From sequence record SRR22947725_1174: a stretch of 51,640 bases of DNA, one strand, 5' to 3'. Positions 46,739 through 51,640 of this stretch are shown in pieces; positions within the stretch are counted from its first letter, which is position 1; each line of letters begins with the position of its first letter. The notes beneath the pieces are model-generated. The model worked only from the letters and a program-made list of their open reading frames with translations. It was not told the DNA's origin and searched no databases. The position numbers were made by a program, and so were the translations under genes.

Positions 46739-47610
46739 TTTTTGCTCATAACATTAACATGTGAATCCATATAATTAATCGTATGTAGCAATACCGCTTC
46801 AAGTGTTTGAGGCTCAACAGGGCTTTGCCATTCTTTTCTACCTTGATAAGATAAGATTAAATGCTCCAAGCTCAATTTATCTTCATCTGGAAAACGTTTA
46901 ACTTTTTTAATATAATTGTTTACGATATCTCTTGACAGGATAGCATTACCCACTAATCGCCTTTCATTTGACTTAGGATGAGAGAATCCCATATTAATTG
47001 AATACAGTTTACCAATTTGATGTAAACATGCTCCCGTTAAAAGCAAGTCTGTATCTACTTTATAATGCTTTCCTAAAATTTTAGAAATTTTTATCAATGA
47101 AACAGTTTGCTCAATTAAGCCACTTTGATAATTATATTGATATGAAATACTAGCTGGATAAACTTGAAATTTTTGTTTATGGTCTGCCAATATTTTTTTT
47201 ACCAATTTTCTTAAATGTACTTTTGATATTTGATCAACTTCTTTACCTAAATGTACCCACAATTGTTTTGCGTTTTTTCTAGAACTTGGAATTAAGTCAG
47301 ATGAACTGAAACCATATTTTGCATATTTTTCAATAGATGCTCTATTAATATTTTTAATTTTAATAAATATATTTTCACCATATTTATAGGTAGTGCCTTT
47401 TATAGCAACAGGATTTCCTATATCAAACTTTTTTGACAAAGATTCAACATTATCCCATAAACGAGCTCTTATCAATCCTGATTTATCTTGTAATAATAAA
47501 TCAAGATAAATAGAACCGTCTTTTTTTCTTCTCATTTTTTTTTGCGTACAAAGATAGAAGCCTTGGAGCTTCATCCCAGAAACTAGATTACTAATGAGAA
47601 TTGATTTCAT
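46735..47610 (-). CDS. YhaM/Cbf1-like OB-fold + HD-domain protein with degenerate metal-binding site
   Basis: OB fold (YLDLLLQDKSG..ARLW), PA motif, GLIE, DLLLTG..LHQIGK, HLILS..G..EW.SP..P.T.EA..LH; HD is replaced by HQ. Confidence 0.82.
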   Translation of the reverse strand: MKSILISNLVSGMKLQGFYLCTQKKMRRKKDGSIYLDLLLQDKSGLIRARLWDNVESLSKKFDIGNPVAIKGTTYKYGENIFIKIKNINRASIEKYAKYGFSSSDLIPSSRKNAKQLWVHLGKEVDQISKVHLRKLVKKILADHKQKFQVYPASISYQYNYQSGLIEQTVSLIKISKILGKHYKVDTDLLLTGACLHQIGKLYSINMGFSHPKSNERRLVGNAILSRDIVNNYIKKVKRFPDEDKLSLEHLILSYQGRKEWQSPVEPQTLEAVLLHTINYMDSHVNVMSKK

Positions 47611-47617
47611 TTAAAGA

Positions 47618-48082
47618 TTAACTCTCGGGATGATTGCACTTAGTACCTGTGCAGGTAGCAGATAGTTGATGGACTCTCTTTGTCACTTTAAGATTAAGAT
47701 CTTTAGCAATTTTGTCTTCAATTTGTGAAATACTATTATCAAAAAACTCAAATATTTCTCCACAATCTTCACATACAATATGGTCATGCTGAGGGGAAAT
47801 AGTTTTCTTATTATGTTCATATAAGAATTTACCATCATCTAAAATAAGTTTTTTTAGGAGCCCGTGCTTTACAAAAACATCGATTGTTCTATATAAGGTC
47901 GCTCTTGAAACATTAATTTTTTTCTTTTTAAGAGAAGAAAGAATAGTTTCAATATCTCTATGTTTGTTAGTTGCAGAAAGTTCATCCCAAATGTCTAAGC
48001 GTTGCTTTGTAGCTCGCAAGCCTTCAGCTTTTAAGACTGATTCAACCTCAATATGAAATCTACATGGTATTAAATTTTCCAT
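47618..48082 (-). CDS. fur: Fur-family metalloregulator
   Basis: LRATKQR, SRATLYRT, HDHIVCEDCG..FEF, C-terminal CxxxxC; metal specificity (Fur/Zur/PerR) unresolved. Confidence 0.88.
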   Translation of the reverse strand: MENLIPCRFHIEVESVLKAEGLRATKQRLDIWDELSATNKHRDIETILSSLKKKKINVSRATLYRTIDVFVKHGLLKKLILDDGKFLYEHNKKTISPQHDHIVCEDCGEIFEFFDNSISQIEDKIAKDLNLKVTKRVHQLSATCTGTKCNHPES

Positions 48083-48094
48083 TATCCAAATTAG

Positions 48095-50260
48095 CTAATC
48101 TATTTTTTTTAGTCTAGCATATTTAACAATGAGCTTTTTTCTTAATCCGCCATCAAATTCAACACCGACTTTTTGATTCTCTCCTGTTCCGTTTAATACT
48201 AAAATAGTTCCAACGCCAAAAAGGTTATGTTGTACTTGATCGCCTACCTTAAAATCGTCAAACTCTGTTACAGTTCTAGATATTTGAATTGTTTTCTTAC
48301 CACCAGAGCGTACAACTCTTTTAGTGTAAACTGTCTTATAAGGCTTAACCTTAATAACGTCTTCATTAATCTCACTTAAAAATTCAGATTGTATAAAAGA
48401 TGATGTATTTAATGCGCCAAACTTCCTTCTATACTTTGCATTTAATAGATATACTCTTTCCATTGCTCTTGTTACTGCGACATAAAATAATCTTCTTTCT
48501 TCTTCTAGTTGATCTGAATCATCATCCATACGTATTAAAGGAAATAATCCTTGCTCAAGACCAGTAACAAATACTGTTGAAAATTCTAATCCTTTAGCTG
48601 CATGTATAGTCATAAGTGTTACAGAATTTTTTTTATCATCCCAATCATCTAAATCTGTATAAAGCGATATTTCTTGCAAGAAATCTTTGAGATTACCACT
48701 TGAGTTATCTGCAAAACGATCAATACTTAATTTGAGCTCTTGGATATTATCATAGCGATCTTGTTCTGCGGGATTATTTTTATAGTAGTTTTCAATATTG
48801 AATTCTTCCAAAAGAGCACGTAATAATTCCTTGCAGTCTAATGTGTCTAGTAAGTCATGAAACTTATTGATTGATAAATAAAAACTTTCGATGGAGTCTT
48901 GTTGCTTACCTCGAAGTTTAATATCTCTACAAAATTTTAAGCTTTCAAATAGCGAGATATTTTTTTCTAGGGCAAGATTTTTAAATATAGTAATGGATTT
49001 CTCTCCGATACCTCGAACAGGAAAATTAATAATTCTTTTTAATGCAATATCATCATTTGGATTACATACCACAGTTAAGTAAGCCAGCACATCTTTAACT
49101 TCTTTTCTATCATAAAACTTAGTACCTCCAACAATATTATATGGAAGCCCTTCTTTCATCATAGTTTGTTCTATCATTCTAGATTGTGCATTTGTTCGAT
49201 ATAGTACAGCAAAGTCTTTGAATGCACCTTTATTAATCTTTATTTCGGTTTTTATGGAATCACAAATTGCATTTGCTTCATCTTCATCGCTACCAGTAGA
49301 GATAAGTGAAATCTTTTCTCCTAGCCCTTTTGTAGCAACCAATTTTTTTTCTGCTCTATTAGTATTATTAGAAACTACGGACCATGCGCCATCAAGAATA
49401 CGTTGAGTAGACCTATAATTCTTCTCTAATTTCACCTCGACTGCGTTTGGAAAAGTATCTTGAAAATTTGTTAAGATATTGTCAATATTTGCTCCTCTCC
49501 ATCCATAAATAGACTGATCGTCATCTCCAACCACTGTGATATTTTGATGTTCTCCTCCAAGAAGACTGATAAGCTCAAATTGTGGAGAATTAGTATCTTG
49601 AAATTCATCAACTAATATATATTTCCATGCTTGCTGATATTTGTTTAATAGAGCTTTACTATGCTTAAATAACTTGATAGGCATTCCAATTAAATCATTA
49701 AAATCTACAGCATTATTAGATAATAATAATTCTGAGTATCGCTTATATACTTCTGCAATTTTTTCATCTTCGAAGGTATTAGCTTTAGATTGAACTTCTT
49801 CAACTGACATTGAAGCATTTTTAAATTTATCAAGTTGTGATCGAAGAAAATTAATATTTAGTTCTTTAAACTCTACAATATTTAATTGCTCTACCACTTC
49901 TTTTAATAATGCCTTTTGATCAGCAACATCATAAATGGTAAAATCGCTATTATACTTATCATCTAAATAACTAATATGCATTCTTAAAATTCTAGCTCCA
50001 ATCGAATGAAATGTACCAACATTTACACCGTCACAATTAATGCTATCTTTAATGCGCTCCCTCATCTCTGCTGCGGCTTTATTGGTAAATGTTAAAGCGA
50101 GGATCTCATTAGGCTTATAAATCTTATCTTTAATAAGATGCCATATTTTGTAAGTTAAAACTCTAGTCTTGCCGCTACCAGCGCCTGCAAATACAAGTAC
50201 AGGATGTTTAACAGTTTTGACAGCTTTTAGTTGTTGAGTATTTAGATCAGTTAAATTCAT
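48095..50260 (-). CDS. pcrA: ATP-dependent DNA helicase PcrA/UvrD
   Basis: AGAGSGKT, TFTNKAA, LVDEFQD, VGDDDQSIYGWRGA, NYRST, MTIHAAKGLEF, EERRLFYVAVTRA, C-terminal Tudor-like domain. Confidence 0.96.
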   Translation of the reverse strand: MNLTDLNTQQLKAVKTVKHPVLVFAGAGSGKTRVLTYKIWHLIKDKIYKPNEILALTFTNKAAAEMRERIKDSINCDGVNVGTFHSIGARILRMHISYLDDKYNSDFTIYDVADQKALLKEVVEQLNIVEFKELNINFLRSQLDKFKNASMSVEEVQSKANTFEDEKIAEVYKRYSELLLSNNAVDFNDLIGMPIKLFKHSKALLNKYQQAWKYILVDEFQDTNSPQFELISLLGGEHQNITVVGDDDQSIYGWRGANIDNILTNFQDTFPNAVEVKLEKNYRSTQRILDGAWSVVSNNTNRAEKKLVATKGLGEKISLISTGSDEDEANAICDSIKTEIKINKGAFKDFAVLYRTNAQSRMIEQTMMKEGLPYNIVGGTKFYDRKEVKDVLAYLTVVCNPNDDIALKRIINFPVRGIGEKSITIFKNLALEKNISLFESLKFCRDIKLRGKQQDSIESFYLSINKFHDLLDTLDCKELLRALLEEFNIENYYKNNPAEQDRYDNIQELKLSIDRFADNSSGNLKDFLQEISLYTDLDDWDDKKNSVTLMTIHAAKGLEFSTVFVTGLEQGLFPLIRMDDDSDQLEEERRLFYVAVTRAMERVYLLNAKYRRKFGALNTSSFIQSEFLSEINEDVIKVKPYKTVYTKRVVRSGGKKTIQISRTVTEFDDFKVGDQVQHNLFGVGTILVLNGTGENQKVGVEFDGGLRKKLIVKYARLKKID

Positions 50261-51258
50261 CGATTCTCTCTTTTATATTTTTTATACAGCCTCTTTGCTT
50301 CTAAATGATCTTTTTCATTCGTAGTAAATACATGCGAGCCATCCCCTTGAGCTACGAAAAATAAATAGTCTGTTTCAGCGGGATATAGTGCTGCTTTAAT
50401 CGATTCAAATCCAGGATTATTAATAGGGCCTGGAGGCAATCCGTAGTTTAAATAAGTATTGTAAGGAGAAACGCGTTTTAAATCTCTAAGACTTAAGGCT
50501 TTAGGTGGACCTTTAATTAAGTATTGTATAGTTGGATCTGCTTGTAATTTCATTCTTTTCTTTAGTCGATTATGATAGACTGAAGATATAGTTACTCTTT
50601 CTTGATCAAGCAAAGCTTCCCCTTCAATAATCGACGCTAAAGTTACAACCTCATGCACCGTAAATCCTAGCTCATTTGTACGTTCCATGAATGTTTTATC
50701 AAAGTTGATCCAAAATTCATTGATCATCGTTGTTAAAATTTCACGACTGCTTGAATTTTTAAAAAAGTAATAAGTGTCTGGGAAAAGATATCCTTCTAAT
50801 GAAGACGCTTTAATATTGAACTCTGAAATAAATATTGGATCTATAAATAATCTATTATAGTCATCAGATTTCTCAAGTAGATTATTTGCATTGAGAAATA
50901 TTTGTGCGGAAGAGGAACCTTCTGGTATTGTTAATCTAAGCCTAATTGGACCTTCCGTGAAAATTGTATGAATGATGTCTTTAGTACTAACTTTACCTTC
51001 AACGGCAAATGTTCCAACTGGAATTTTATTTGATAAGCCGCGAAAAAAAACTCTATATTTAAAAAAAGATTTATTATTAATAATATCTTTTTCATGCAAA
51101 AGATTTGTTACTGTATTTAATGACATCCCTTTTTCAATTACAAAAATAGTTTTATTGATTTCTTTATTAGCGGTGAAGAATATGCTCGATATAACAAGAC
51201 AAAATGTTAGAAACAATCCATATATTGAATCACGATTACTATTATTATTGGCTACCAT
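50257..51258 (-). CDS. mltG: Endolytic transglycosylase MltG (YceG)
   Basis: TIPEG, LEGYLFPDTY, LASIIEGE, LQADPT, SPYNTY..GLPPGPI; start set at ATG 51258. Confidence 0.95.
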   Translation of the reverse strand: MVANNNSNRDSIYGLFLTFCLVISSIFFTANKEINKTIFVIEKGMSLNTVTNLLHEKDIINNKSFFKYRVFFRGLSNKIPVGTFAVEGKVSTKDIIHTIFTEGPIRLRLTIPEGSSSAQIFLNANNLLEKSDDYNRLFIDPIFISEFNIKASSLEGYLFPDTYYFFKNSSSREILTTMINEFWINFDKTFMERTNELGFTVHEVVTLASIIEGEALLDQERVTISSVYHNRLKKRMKLQADPTIQYLIKGPPKALSLRDLKRVSPYNTYLNYGLPPGPINNPGFESIKAALYPAETDYLFFVAQGDGSHVFTTNEKDHLEAKRLYKKYKRENR

Positions 51259-51352
51259 GAAGAACGAGAAATTAATTCTTTTATAGGCTGAAATCAATTG
51301 TAAGGAATTATATTTTTTGGAAACTAGCTAGAAGAAATTTAACTTAGCGTAA

Positions 51353-51565
51353 ATGACTACCAAAAATAAACAATCAATTAACTTGAAGTGGCCATATAAA
51401 ACTAAAAATTATGTTTTGTTTGGAGCCGGAGTTTTCGTTATAATTGTGGGTTATTTGACAATGTATTTAGGAGAAGTTGATAGCTTTCAAAGTTTAGTCC
51501 TTTCTCCTCTGCTTTTATTAATCGGGTATTTAGTTCTTATTCCATATGCATTATTTAGTAAATAA
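51353..51565 (+). CDS. Small two-TM membrane protein (DUF3098-like)
   Basis: KNY...G...IIVGY..M and LSPLLLLIGY pattern. Confidence 0.7.
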   Translation: MTTKNKQSINLKWPYKTKNYVLFGAGVFVIIVGYLTMYLGEVDSFQSLVLSPLLLLIGYLVLIPYALFSK

Positions 51566-51571
51566 TTAAAT

Positions 51572-51640
51572 GGGGTAGTAGTTCAGCTGGTTAGAACGCC
51601 GGCCTGTCAAGCCGGAGGTCGCGGGTTCGAGTCCCGTCTA
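51572..51640 (+). tRNA. tRNA-Asp(GTC), 3' end cut by the window edge
   Basis: Acceptor GGGGTAG, D arm GTTC/GAAC, anticodon arm CCGGC-CTGTCAA-GCCGG, T arm GCGGG-TTCGAGT-CCCGT. Confidence 0.95.

Noticed and set aside
1603..51286. The many 60-130 aa plus-strand ORFs in the track (e.g. 10100-10471, 22091-22444, 27393-27779, 31815-32183, 40277-40654, 50972-51286)
   Set aside because: All lie antisense within well-supported genes and have no recognisable motifs; they are typical shadow ORFs.
51604..51610. tRNA-Asp anticodon loop ends in A (CTGTCAA) rather than the common C
   Set aside because: A single-base variant in an otherwise canonical cloverleaf; no evidence of recoding or of an integrated element within the window.
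1..51640. CRISPR arrays, IS elements, integrases, prophage genes, programmed frameshifts or stop-codon readthrough
   Set aside because: None seen. Intergenic gaps are short and accounted for, and the recognised genes appear full length in the standard code.

Overview
This is a very AT-rich (roughly 30% GC by eye, not computed), gene-dense chromosomal segment of a diderm bacterium, almost entirely encoded on the minus strand with overlapping start/stop codons. Gene content and style suggest a streamlined marine FCB-group organism such as Marinimicrobia/SAR406; that taxonomy is inference only. From left to right it contains: ftsH (partial), tilS, an MBL-fold hydrolase and an archaeal-type GAPDH; a cytochrome c maturation cluster (ccmE-F-[29 aa]-A-B-C-D); a B12-dependent acyl-CoA mutase large subunit with isobutyryl-CoA mutase signature residues; dxs, pdxT, pdxS, ispH, nrnA, pduO and nhaD; a complete Na+-NQR locus (nqrA-F, apbE, inverted nqrM); a flavin oxidoreductase, proline dehydrogenase, pepC, nadK, bS22, HU and mltD; a long housekeeping run (HNH-trpS-scpA-scpB-rluB-cmk-rpsA-YbbR-tsaD-hyp-serS-plsC-hldC); a cobalamin riboswitch with btuB; the run mltG-pcrA-fur-yhaM-like-outer-membrane protein; a DUF3098-like gene; and tRNA-Asp. 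I saw no mobile elements, CRISPR arrays or prophage. The most notable observations are: (1) an intact YhaM homologue next to fur in which nearly every metal-binding His/Asp is replaced; (2) an IcmA-type mutase with its B12 supply genes; (3) an archaeal class II GAPDH; (4) four small genes missing from the ORF track; (5) a recurring TAAHTT hexamer 6-13 nt before start codons, suggesting leaderless or near-leaderless mRNAs. All family assignments come from motif recognition, not database searches.
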